From NCBI RefSeq assembly GCF_009914755.1, contig NC_060931.1: DNA of 64,000 nt; one strand, given 5' to 3'. Source of the stretch: the human T2T-CHM13v2.0 reference genome, Homo sapiens. Position 1 is the stretch's first letter. The number at the start of each line of letters is the position of its first letter. Both the position numbers and the translations under genes were made by a program. Below the pieces are notes generated by a model. It was not told the DNA's origin and made no database searches. It saw only the letters and a program-made list of their open reading frames with translations. Positions 43,446 to 54,779 of this stretch are shown piece after piece.

Positions 43446-44319
43446 ACCTATGAATCCGTTATGCGCATCCTCTTTTATCATCTCCTCTTGTGTCCCATCA
43501 TTTATTATTGTAAGTAATTAGCTCTTTGTGGGGATTACTGTGCTGCCTGTCCTATCCATAGTTGCACCAGATAGGAAGTAAAGTGGAAGCTGTCTTTCTG
43601 TGTTAGTGGATCTTACTTGCAGTGTAGTTATTGGGTATTTTGTTTTTCAATGGCAGCATTCCGGAGTTTAACTATATGACTGTTGTGAGCATGAGGGACA
43701 GACATCCACTTTCTTAATGTGGCCCTATTGGTTGCAGTGACTCCGCTGTCTGTACTCATAGACATGGAAGATAACTGATCTCTCTATCATAGCTCACATG
43801 GTATGATTCCCGGGCCAATATTTCTTTTGCCGACTCCCAGAATGACAACTAAGACAGTGTGTTGCTATTTAATAGAATCAACCTTTTAGTGACTTTCTAG
43901 CTGATTTCATGCATTTTTTCACATCTGCCTGATTGTGGCAGGAATAGCAATTCCCTTGACAAACAAGTTCTATGTTCTATGAAGCTTAATTAGAAGTCAA
44001 TCCTGTAGATCTAAACTAACATCTCTCAGGTTCTGGAACTTCCACTGATTTTGAAAGACCTGATCACCTATAATCTCTGCAACCAAGATGAAAGTCCAAA
44101 GAAATCAAGGCTGCTGGAATTCAAGACAGAGTACAAGGGTGTAAATAACAGAGAGAAAGAATGCTGAAGATCTGCAGAGGGTATCATCAAGTATTAAGCA
44201 GAGAACTGTCTGGTGCATATGTCAGGATATTGCTAAGGGCAAGAGAAAGAATCATCTGAGAGAACCAGGGAAAATAGTGCTTAGCTCTCACTCAGGACTG
44301 GCAATCTAGGTTATCCTCA

Positions 44320-47080
44320 GCCATTTTTTTCTTCCTTTTCAATCATAGTTCCTTATATTTTTCATATTACATTGAATACAACATCTAATATTATATTGAA
44401 TAGAAATAATAAAAATCAATGTCTTGTGTTTTGTGAATATTATGGAGAAAACATGCAGTTTCTAACAATTAAGTATGATGTTATGATGTCAACCTTGGGA
44501 TTTCATAGACACACAAACAGTACTAGGAAGTTTATTTTTGTTCCTAATCTTGAAAATTCTTATCATGAAGGGGTGTAGTATTTTATCAAAGGCTTTTGTT
44601 TGTATCTATTGATATGATTATATGAAATTTCCCATTTATTCTCATAATATGATGTATTAATATAAAAATAAGTGGGTTACAGATATTAACCCCTTGTTGC
44701 ATTCCTGGAGTAAATCTCACTTGTTTGTTATGTATTTTTTTATGCAGCTAGATTTTATTTGTCAATATTTCATTAATGATTTTTGTGTATATGTTCCTGA
44801 GGAATATTGGTCTGTTGTTTTGTTTTGTTTTATGTAGAATGTCTTTGTCTGGTTCTGGTATCAGGAAAATACTAGCCTCCTACAATTAATAGAAAACTGT
44901 TTCCTCTTCCTTGAATATCTGAATGGTTCTTTAAAATTTGATAAAATTCACCACTAAAGCCATCTCGGCCAAGGTTTTTTTGAAAGAATATTTTAAATGA
45001 CTAATTTAATATCTTCACTTGCTATAGATCCATTTAGATAGTCCATACCTTATTAAGTCAGTTTTGGCAATTTATGTCCTTCTTGGAATTGTTCTATGTC
45101 TTCTAATATTTAAGTTGTTGGCATACAGTTGGTCGTAGTATTTTTGTATAATTGTTTTAATTTATGCAGGTTTAGTAGTAAAGTTCCCTTTTTATTTCTG
45201 ATTTTGGTAAATTGCGCCTTCTCTTTGGTTTTCTTGTTTAGTCTGCCTAAAGATTTGTCAGTTTTCTTGATCATTTCAAATATCAACTTTTGTCTTTATT
45301 TTTTCTATATTTTTCTGTTTTCTATTTCCTTGAATTCTTGCTTTATTCTGACCATTTGCTTAGTTTGCTCTTCTTTTTTTGGTTATTAATATAGAAACTT
45401 TGGTTGTAGATTGGAAACCTTTATTTTTATGCAAGTGTTTAAAGCTATAAATCTCTCTTTTAGCTATGCTTTAGTTGTATACATAACTTTTAGTATATGT
45501 TATTTTCCATCCATTTAAATTTAAAAATATATTCTGATTTATCTTGTGACTTCTATGACTCCTGAGTTATGTAAAAGTGTTTTTTGTTTAATTCCTTTTT
45601 ATTTTATGATTTCCCAGATACTTTTCTGTGGTTTATTTCTAATTTAATTTAATTGTGGTCATAGAAAATACTTTTTCTAATTTTAATTCTCTCAAATTTA
45701 ATCTGTCTTCTTCCATAGTTTAGGATATGGTCTATTTCATGTATTTGCTTGAAAAAAAAAACTTCCTTAAAGAATATGTATTTTGCAGTTATTGCATGGA
45801 TTAATCTGCATATGTCAGGTCAAGTTGGTTGACAGTTTTGTCAAGTCTTCTATATCCTTAGTGATTTCCTGTTTAGTTATTCCATCAATTATTGAGAATG
45901 AAGCATTTATTTATTTATTTTTCTCAGAGAACTGTGGTGGTTTATTTTGACCTGTTAGGTGCCTCATTGAAGAACTCACTCAAAAAGCTTACCTTTTCTT
46001 TGCCTAACCCAGAACTCATCCAGGGCTGAGAACGCTATACAGGAGGTATTTTCAAAAATATTTAAAGGCAAATGTTGTAGCTGCTGTTACATGGACAAGC
46101 TATAACAATTGAAACAAACAATAGATCAACTAAAAGCTTTTGAAGAAAAGCTTTTGAAGAAAAGCTGAATAATGAAGAGCTTGGGGGGAATAAGGGCTTT
46201 GAAAAGCTCATGAATATTGGTGGGAATCTAGAAGGCATATGCATATCCTAGACTAGATGCATGATTATAAAATACCTGAAAACATCCTAAGCCCTAACTT
46301 CTGATCAAACCTCAGGCTCATCACAGGTAGGAATTGAAAATTAAGAAAAAACTGTAATCTGCCTGACTGAATGTGGCAGGTATGAGCCCCAACAAGCCCA
46401 TCTGCAAAATGGAAGTTGTTTCTGTTTTTTCTTCTTTTTTCCTACTTTCCTTCTTCGTGTGTTTTTTTCTTCCTTCCTGAGAATAAATCATTTAAATATA
46501 AAATTAATATTGATGAATTATCTGTTTCAGTTCTGGTAGGTTTTGTTTCATGTATTTCAAGGCACTTTTCATAGGTGAGTATATATTAATAATTGTTAAA
46601 TATTCACGATTTACCAACTCCTTTCTCATTATAGATGTCTTTCTTGGACTTTAGTGTTATATCCTGCTTAAAGTATATATTGTAAAACGTAATATAGTGC
46701 CTGTAACTCTCTTATGGTTACTATTTGCAAGGTCTATGTTTTCCAGTCTTTTACATTTAAACTATTTATGTCTTTGAATCAAAAGTATGTCTTTTTTAGA
46801 CAGTACATAGTTGATTCTTGAATTTTTTTAATCCAATTTGACAATCTCTGCCATTTGATTGGGGTGTTTAGAAAAAGCACATTTAATATAACATTGATAT
46901 GGCTGAAATTGCATTTTTTATTCTGCTATTATTTTCCATATATCCATTGTCTTTTTTCATTGTTCTTTTGTTCCTCCGTGACCGCCTCATTTGATTCTAA
47001 ACACTAGATTTTAGTTATTACTCTGTTTATATTTTGTCTATAATTTTAATGTTTTACTTTAGTAGTTGCTTTAAGGATTA
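44320..47080 (-). mobile_element. Old L1M ORF2 (antisense), split by the insertion at 45910-46477
   Basis: ttttatcaaaggctttt...gaggaatattggtctg...ggtatcagg; colinear across the insertion. Confidence 0.8.
45910..46477 (-). pseudogene. Orphan retroposed non-coding sequence (processed retrocopy or orphan transduction)
   Basis: Minus-strand AATAAA (45941-45946), A-rich tail (~45910-45922), 17-bp TSD tgagaat(g/a)aa(g/t)cattta. Confidence 0.65.
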
Positions 47081-47159
47081 CTGTGTGTGTATACATAACA
47101 TATAATATATAACATAAATTATATGTGATATATATATATATATACACGTGTACAAAAGC

Positions 47160-48120
47160 ACTATTGAGTTATAGTTCATGTACATACGCTAGAGTGGACT
47201 CTTTTTAAAGTGTACAATTTAACAAGTTTTGACATATGTATATAACCATAAAAGATAATATTCACCACCCCTAAATGGTTTTTAATTTCTCTTTGTAATA
47301 CCTCTGTCTTGGCCTTCCCAACCCACTTCCCCAGGCAACCACTAATATGCTTTCTGTCTCAGTGGATTTGTTTGTGTTTTCTAGTGTTTTATATTTATGT
47401 TCTTATACTGTATGTACCTTTCTTATGCCTGGTTTCTTTTACATAGCAAAATTATTTTAAGAATTATTCATGTTGCTTTTATATCAATAGTTCATTTCTT
47501 TGTGTTTCTCAATAGTATTTATAAGAAAGATATAAAACAATTTATTCACCTATTGATGGGCATTTAGGTTGTTCAACTTATGGCTATTATAAATAAACGT
47601 ACTATGAACTTTTGCGCACAATTCTTTGACGTACGTTTTCTTCTTTATCTAATTAATTCTATCCCAGGGGCAGAATTGCTGGATCACATGGTAGAGGTAT
47701 GTGTAATCTTTAAGAAACTTCTAAACTGTTTTCCAATGAGGTTGTAATTTTACCTTCCACCAGCAGTTTATGAGAGTTCCAATTTCTTTAAACCCTCTGC
47801 AACACTCAGTATAATCAGTCTTAAATATTCTAGTAGGTTTTTAGTGGTATCTCATTGCGGTTAATATGCATTTTTCTAATAACTAATACTGTTGAGCATC
47901 TTTTCACGTCTTAATTTTCCATGAATACTTCTTAATGAAGTGTCTCTTCAAATATTTTGCCCATTTTTAACTGGGTTTTTTGATTTCTTATTGTTTTTTA
48001 AGACTTATTTATCCTTGGTACAAATCCTTTATCAGATATATGCTTCAGAAAATTTACTTTCAACTCTGTCCCTTACCTTTGGTGTGGTAGTACTGTATAT
48101 TTTAATATTTGTAACATTTG
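47160..48120 (-). mobile_element. L1MB/L1ME-like 3' end
   Basis: ccccaggcaaccactaatatgctttctgtctc; aattgctggatcacatggtag. Confidence 0.8.
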
Positions 48121-48207
48121 ATTTTATATTTTTTTGTTTTTATCTGTTCTTTGTTCAGGTGGATCCTTCTTACTCCACGTTGAATGAAAGCAGAAGTTTG
48201 ATTATAC

Positions 48208-48346
48208 AGTTGTTTCCTCAGTATCCACAACGGATTTGTTCCAGGAGTCTGAATATCTGTGGGCTCCCTATCCCACGAATACTCTATTTTCAATCTGCAA
48301 TGGGTTGAATCCATGTATACGGAATCCACAGATAGGGAAGGCTGAT
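48208..48346. mobile_element. MER2/Tigger-type MITE, internally deleted
   Basis: Imperfect TIRs cagttgtttcctcagtatcc / agatagggaaggctgatt with TA flanks. Confidence 0.65.
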
Positions 48347-48385
48347 TATATATGTATTAAAATATCATAGTGGTTGTGACTACTC

Positions 48386-48760
48386 TGTAAGGGCATTTTG
48401 GAATCCTGCACAAAATTTAGTTTACATGTGGAGACCGATGTTATGACACACACAATCCAAGAGGTTATGTAAAGGTTTATTACATACGTAATTGAGGCTT
48501 TCTGCGAAAAACCATTCAGTCCTCCCAATGTGATCAAAAATGTCTTGTGAGAGCAAAGAAAGGATACTGGCTTGGGCTTTTATTGTGGGTATGAGGTGGA
48601 AGGATTCCTGGATGTAGGGAGGGATTTACAGGGCTTAAATCTCCTGCTGCCTGGCAACAAAGGAGGCAGCACCTAGGCTTTCTTACGAGCTTACCCAGAG
48701 GTGAGGCAGAAGAGGAAGAAGGAAAGATGAGGCTCAAAGGCTGCCAGCAATCAAATATCA
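48386..48760 (-). mobile_element. ERVL-class LTR (MER54/MER74/LTR53-like group)
   Basis: Minus-strand AATAAA near 48477; rc ctgggtaagctcgtaagaaagcctaggtgc motif; exact family uncertain. Confidence 0.6.
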
Positions 48761-50334
48761 AAAAAAAAGACTACCAAACAATCCACTGCAGAGTAATGCT
48801 AAATTAACTCTGATTATTAGAAAATATATAAAGTAGAGTTATTGCATGCATAGGCTAATAATTTTCATCAAATTTTGGAACATTTTAGTCATTTAAATAA
48901 ATATTTTGCCCCACCTATTTTTCTATCTTCTCCTTTTGGTTTCCCATTGCACATATGTTGGTGCACTTGAAGTCTTTTTACAGGTCTTTGAGTCTCAGTT
49001 CATCTTTCTCCATTCTTGTTTTCTCAAGAGCTGGGAAAGTACCTCAGGCAGTAAGCTGGGACAAATGTAAGACCTTCATGTTTTGTTCTCTTCCCCTTCA
49101 GAATTTACATATTACCCAATCACAGAAAATTACCGTTGCATCATTTCATGTGTAGTTTCTAATGCTTGGGTTCATTTAAAATTATGTGAATATTCTGTAT
49201 TTACATCCCTGTTTCCCTTTTTCAAAAACAAAATAGCTATATGATTTGACTACAATTTTTTAAAATCTTAAATTTCAGCTGTTTTTAGCAAAAAGAAAAT
49301 AGTTGCATTCTCTGCCCTTAAAACAGCATATCACACAACATAAAATAAATAAAGATTTTATGCACTTTAAGTAAATTTTTTGACTATTTCCTTTATGGAA
49401 AATTAAGGGTATGCATATTATATAAACACGAAATAGGCACCTGTAAAATAGGTCAATTAATATTTCATTTTTAGCTTTTCAAGTGAAAAACACACATAAA
49501 GAATAACTGATGCAAATAATAAGGTTTTTTGGTTTTTTTTTTTACTAATGACTTGTGATCCTGTGGCTTCATTGACTTTCCTACAATCTAATGTTACCAC
49601 ATAACCTGCCTACCATCATAATGTTGGTAATAATTACATCCCTTTGGATTTCCTTACAATGCTTTCATATGGCTGGTCTTTTATTATTATTTCTTGCTGA
49701 ACCTTTTCTTTTCCTTAGCATTTAAAATTCCTCTTTCTTTATTTAATGTTACTGAAGCTTACAAGCAAAAATATCACTTGCTTTGAAAATAGCCTTTTGA
49801 GTCTAGTGGAAGTTCTAAATCTCTCCCTCATTTTTGGAAGAAAACTCAAAACTCAGTATTATTAGCATAAATTGTCTAGTAAAACACTTGTTCACAGGGA
49901 ATAGAGTACTTTAAAGGACTACTCAGAGCTTTGCAAAACTAAGTTCTGGGTAGGTATCGCTTTACATCATGCCTAAAATACCACTGAATAGAGCACAATA
50001 GATTGGTTAAGATATTTGCACAGTAATAAAAAAATAGTGTAGGTTTTACCATTATCCAGTTGCAAACTCAGCTTTGAAGATTTATGTATTTATAGTCTTC
50101 TTAAAACAAAAAAAAATGTCTATAAGAACACATTTCAAAAGGCTGTAAGTTCTCTTAAAGGAATCTGTTTGAAAAAAAAAAAAACACTTATGGTAGAACT
50201 ATATTAAAGCATCACAGATTTTCCCTAAAAACCATTTGGTGACATTGCTGAAAAATCAAGACACATATAATGACTACACTGTTCTTAAAATGTTGCATTC
50301 AAATAATAAAAATATTTAAGATTTCTACATTGTA

Positions 50335-50630
50335 TAACAGTTTTATGGAGATACAATTAAAATATCATAAAATTCACCTTTTAAAAGTGTACAATGCCAC
50401 AGTTTTTCACATAATCAGAGTTGAGTATTCATAATCACCATCTAAGTTCTGAACATTTTATGAATCCCCCCAAGAGTCCCATACCCATTAGCAGTCACAC
50501 TCTATTTCACCCTTCCCGTAGCCACTGAAAATCATTAATCTCCTTTCTGTCTCTATGGGTTTTTCTATTCTAGACATTTTATATAAATTGAATTATACAA
50601 TGTGTAGTTGATTATGTCTGGCATCTTACT
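50335..50630 (-). mobile_element. L1MB 3' end
   Basis: aaaattcaccttttaaaagtgtacaa...cccatacccattagcagtcac. Confidence 0.85.
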
Positions 50631-51726
50631 TCCAGTCTGTCTCCATGTTCCAACAAAAACTCTACCTCCAAAGTACTTAACCGATATATCCATGATTCTC
50701 CAATGCTACTCCTGCATATCTAATGCAAACCATCATAATTTCTTCTACAATTCACTGTATTCATCTATTGGATTATTTTGTTTACTATCTGTTTGTTTAC
50801 TATCAGTCTCTGACATTTCTCAAGCTCAGTGAGAGAAAGAGAGGAAGGCAAAGAGAAAAAAAGGAGTGTCTATAGGGAGAGAATGAATGCTTATTTTGTT
50901 TTTTATTATATTTTCATCATGTTTTACATTGATCTACACATGAAAGGTATTAAAAGCATATGTTTTGCATACATATATAAAAGGGTAAATTAATGAATGA
51001 ATGGTTGCATGCATGTCTGGAAGGATATATCCAGGTTTATTATCCTGTAGACTTCTGCCATAGTGATTTTTTTTTAATATAAATATAACCATGTAACTCT
51101 CAAGCTTAAAATCTTTTACTCATGGCCTTAAATATGAAACCCACATGACGGGAGATCTAAGAATATCTGTTGCACAAGTATTCACCATTGTTCCATATAT
51201 TCAGTACTTAGTCGACTCTATTTGATTTGTTTGCCTTTCTCTGAAAACATTTTATGTATCTTCATGTTTTTATAAATAAAACATCTACAGCACTTCTTTA
51301 GACATTCACTTCCTTAAGGAAGTTGAGCACACTGCTTACCTCTCTCTCTGGGCTATTGAGTTCTTCTGTGAGTTTTGGTTGGGAATCTGCCACACCCGCC
51401 ATCCCTTTAGAAGGTAAACTCTTCCAGGTAAGAATGAAATCTTTGTATGGCCAGGGTCTCATACACTTATCTACTCTTAGTAGACAGACAAATATATACT
51501 ATGATTTAAAAAAATAAATTAGCTAAAACATGTAACACAAAAAAATGCACTGATCCATTTAGGCACTAGCACAAGACTTAATTTGTACTAGACATTATTA
51601 GATTGGAAGTTTCCTGTGTCTTCTTTTTTCAGGTATCCAGAGAATTAAGCTGTAAATTTAAAACAAGATAGTTGATTGTTGAGAACTGAGGAAATTGAGT
51701 ATTAATGTGTTTGTAAATAAAAAGTA

Positions 51727-52155
51727 CAGTTGACCCTTGAACAACGTGGATGTAAATTGCATGGATCACTTACACACAAATTTTCTTCCACCTATGCCCC
51801 GCCTGAGACAAGAAAACCAACCCCTCCTCTTCCTCCTCCTTCTCAGCCCACTCAAAGCAAAGATGATAAGGAATACGATGAAGATCTTTATAATGATCTA
51901 CTTCCACTTAACAAATAGTAAATATATTTTCTGTATAATTTTCTTGCCTCTAGTTTATTTTCTTGTAAGACTATATTACATATACAGGTAATATACAAAA
52001 CATGTATTAATCAATGATTTATGTTATTGGTAAGCCTTCCAGAAAACTGCAGGCTATTCATAGTTAATTCTGGGGATAGTCAAAAGTTATATATAAACTT
52101 TTTAAGTCATGGGGAGCTAAGACTCCTAAATCTCATGCTGTTCAACAATCAACTG
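51727..52155 (+). mobile_element. Tigger2a (MER28)-like DNA transposon
   Basis: TIRs cagttgacccttgaacaac / gttcaacaatcaactg, TA TSDs, ~430 bp. Confidence 0.88.
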
Positions 52156-52379
52156 TATAGATATTTTCAATCAAGTTTGGGGAAAATATGGATACAGGTT
52201 TTTTCCAAACAAAAGTACTTATTTTTTTATTTATATTATATGAATTTGTTTTCCTTACTCAGAAACTACTACTGACAATTTTAGCTAGAAATCCAAATTG
52301 GAAACTAATAATAAGGTTGTTGAAGGACATGGAAGAATTTGGCAACTCTGATATTTTCTGCTTTTATTAGTATGAAATA

Positions 52380-52690
52380 AGACAAGATAATTAACTTATT
52401 AAAGCCTCAATTTTCTTGATTGTAAAGTAAGGATAATGTCTAAATTACAAGGTCAGTTAAGAATAAGGACTAGTGAAAATGATGATGTCATTTTCTGAGA
52501 ATTAACTATGTGCCAACTTCTATGATAACCACTTGACATAATCCATTTAATCACCTAAATGAATTATTCTCTTCCCTGTGAGAGTATGAGAAGACAGCTG
52601 CCTAACATTATACAGCAACTAAATGATGAATAGGATGAGAGCACAGGTCAGCAGAATCTCAAAGTTTGTAGACTTAACTGCAAAATGACA
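52380..52690. mobile_element. MIR fragments
   Basis: aagcctcaattttcttgattgtaaag (sense); actatgtgcca...cacagg (antisense). Confidence 0.5.
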
Positions 52691-53122
52691 AAACTTCCTA
52701 TGATAAAATTTTCTATGCTATTATACCTAATTTCTAAGCAATTGTGCCTATTGGGGAAAATGTGCTGATTTTTAAAGAAATGTCTCCACTGATAGTATAA
52801 TAAATATGACTCATTAATAATATTACTACCTCTACCTTTTCTCCATAAATATGATTATTACACTAACACTGTCACTATAACATTGCTAACTTGCCATAGG
52901 GAACCAACATTATTGTATATTAAGTTCAGATACTACAATACTATACCACTATTTCAATAAGTTGAGGAATTCTGGATAGAGTGCTAGCAAATAACATTCT
53001 TTCAACTGCATCCCACAGAATGAAGGGATGCATTTTTTGTTTGTTTTAAAATCTGTTCATTTTCTGAAATGTGTTTGTATTAGCTACAAATGTTTCTCTG
53101 CTTTTGTTACTTATTAAAGAAA

Positions 53123-53415
53123 TTTTTTTTTTTTTTGAGATGGAGTCACTCTGTCAGCCAGGCTGGAGTACAGTGGTGCTATCTAGGCTCACTGCAAGCT
53201 CCGCCTCCCGGGTTCACGCCATTCTCCTGCCTCAGCCTCCCGAGTAGCTGGGACTACAGGCACCCACCACCATACCCGGCTAATTTTTTGTATTTTTGGT
53301 AGAGAAGGAGTTTCACCGTGTTAGCCGGGATGGTCTCGATCTCCTGACCTCATGATCCGCCCGCCTCAGCCCCCCAAAGTGCTGGGATTACAGGCGTGAG
53401 CCACCGTGCCCGGCC
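53123..53415 (-). mobile_element. AluY
   Basis: ctgcaagctccgcctcccgggttcacgccattc; CpG-rich; short TSD agaa(a/g)ttt. Confidence 0.95.
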
Positions 53416-53464
53416 AGAAGTTTGAAAATTGTTTTACTTCCACTCATGAGAAGGAAGTTATGTA

Positions 53465-53934
53465 ATGTTATTCAGGGATGGACTAATACCTCTTGAACAC
53501 AGGACAATCCTCCAGGTAGCCCTGATCTGACTCAGTTCTCCCCATTTCCTTGCTTGTAGATCTCAAGAATAACTGTAAAATGTGCTAAGAATTCAATATT
53601 CAGAGATAAGGAAGAACTTGAAACATCCTGGAGTTATTTCTCTTTCCCCGTAGACATAGAACGTCTTGCAAAGCTTTTTCCAAGGACTCACCATGCTCTT
53701 GAGGTATATAACCCAGGGTTCTCAGCTGTGATGCAAGTGGGCCGGTTTTCCATATGCCCCGGTCTTAGCTTTCCTGATCCTTGGAGTACTGGTTCACAAT
53801 TGAGCCTAGCTTCTTTTTCCCTTTGCCTATCTGTAAGTAATAAACCTGCTTCATATAACTTGTTGCATGTGAGTATGTTCTGTCTCACTGGACTGAGAGG
53901 AGTGGGAACCAGTGCATGGTGAACCTGCTTTACA
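53465..53934 (+). mobile_element. ERVL-class solo LTR (LTR47/MER54-like)
   Basis: TATATAA at 53705, AATAAA at 53838, end ccagtgcatggtgaacctgctttaca; left end approximate. Confidence 0.7.
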
Positions 53935-54502
53935 CTGAGGATCACTCTGAGGTTTACTTCGATTGTATCTGTTAAACTTTCTTTTAGTTAAACATGTTCT
54001 GTGAAAAATAATCGTCATCATTATTATCATCTACTTGGTAAAGGGTTCTTACTGGATGTATTCTGAAATTGCATGAACTCTAATTCAGTAGTCTACTGAC
54101 ACTTAATTTTGGACTGAGTAAACATCTGTGGACAGAATGTGTCACATCATGATGTAGAACAACATTTACCTTGAATTCTCTTGATTCCAGGAGATGGTGT
54201 GAGGAGAGAGAGGAATGAATTAAATGAGGGATAAGAAAAATTGAGAAGAAGGAAAAATAGAATAAAGTTTTAATATATACCAGAAATGCTAATTCACAAT
54301 TGATCTCTCTTCAGTCTTTTTTTTTCCAAAGCTTGATCTTTAAACTATTTTATTTTGTTACTTCACCATGAAATAGTTTAATGAAACAAAATATTGAGAA
54401 AAAAATTAAAATTTCTACATTTCCAACTCTACTTAATTAAATATCAAAATTATAGTTGAATCCCATTGTCTATCTATAATTACATCATTGCTAATCATAA
54501 CC

Positions 54503-54775
54503 TGTGTATTAGAGATAAGAAACTAGGCACCAAATCACAGCTCTGTAAAACAATAACAGCTTATTTCTTTCTCATGCTATGCATCTGTGGGATTTGGCAT
54601 TGAGGAACTCAGAATAATAGAGGGCACTGTTTTGAATTCTGATGGTCTTGATAAAAGAAAAGTGAAATCTCTGGAGGCTGTTACTCCAATAAGTAACTAC
54701 TTTGCCTGGGAATAACTCATCTTAATTCGACTAATATATTACTGACCTGAATAAATTATGTTGCCCCATTTGGAT
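54503..54775 (-). mobile_element. MLT1 (J/K/L-like) fragment
   Basis: cttatttctttctcatgcta...ctctggaggc...gcctgggaataac; diverged. Confidence 0.5.
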
Positions 54776-54779
54776 GCAT

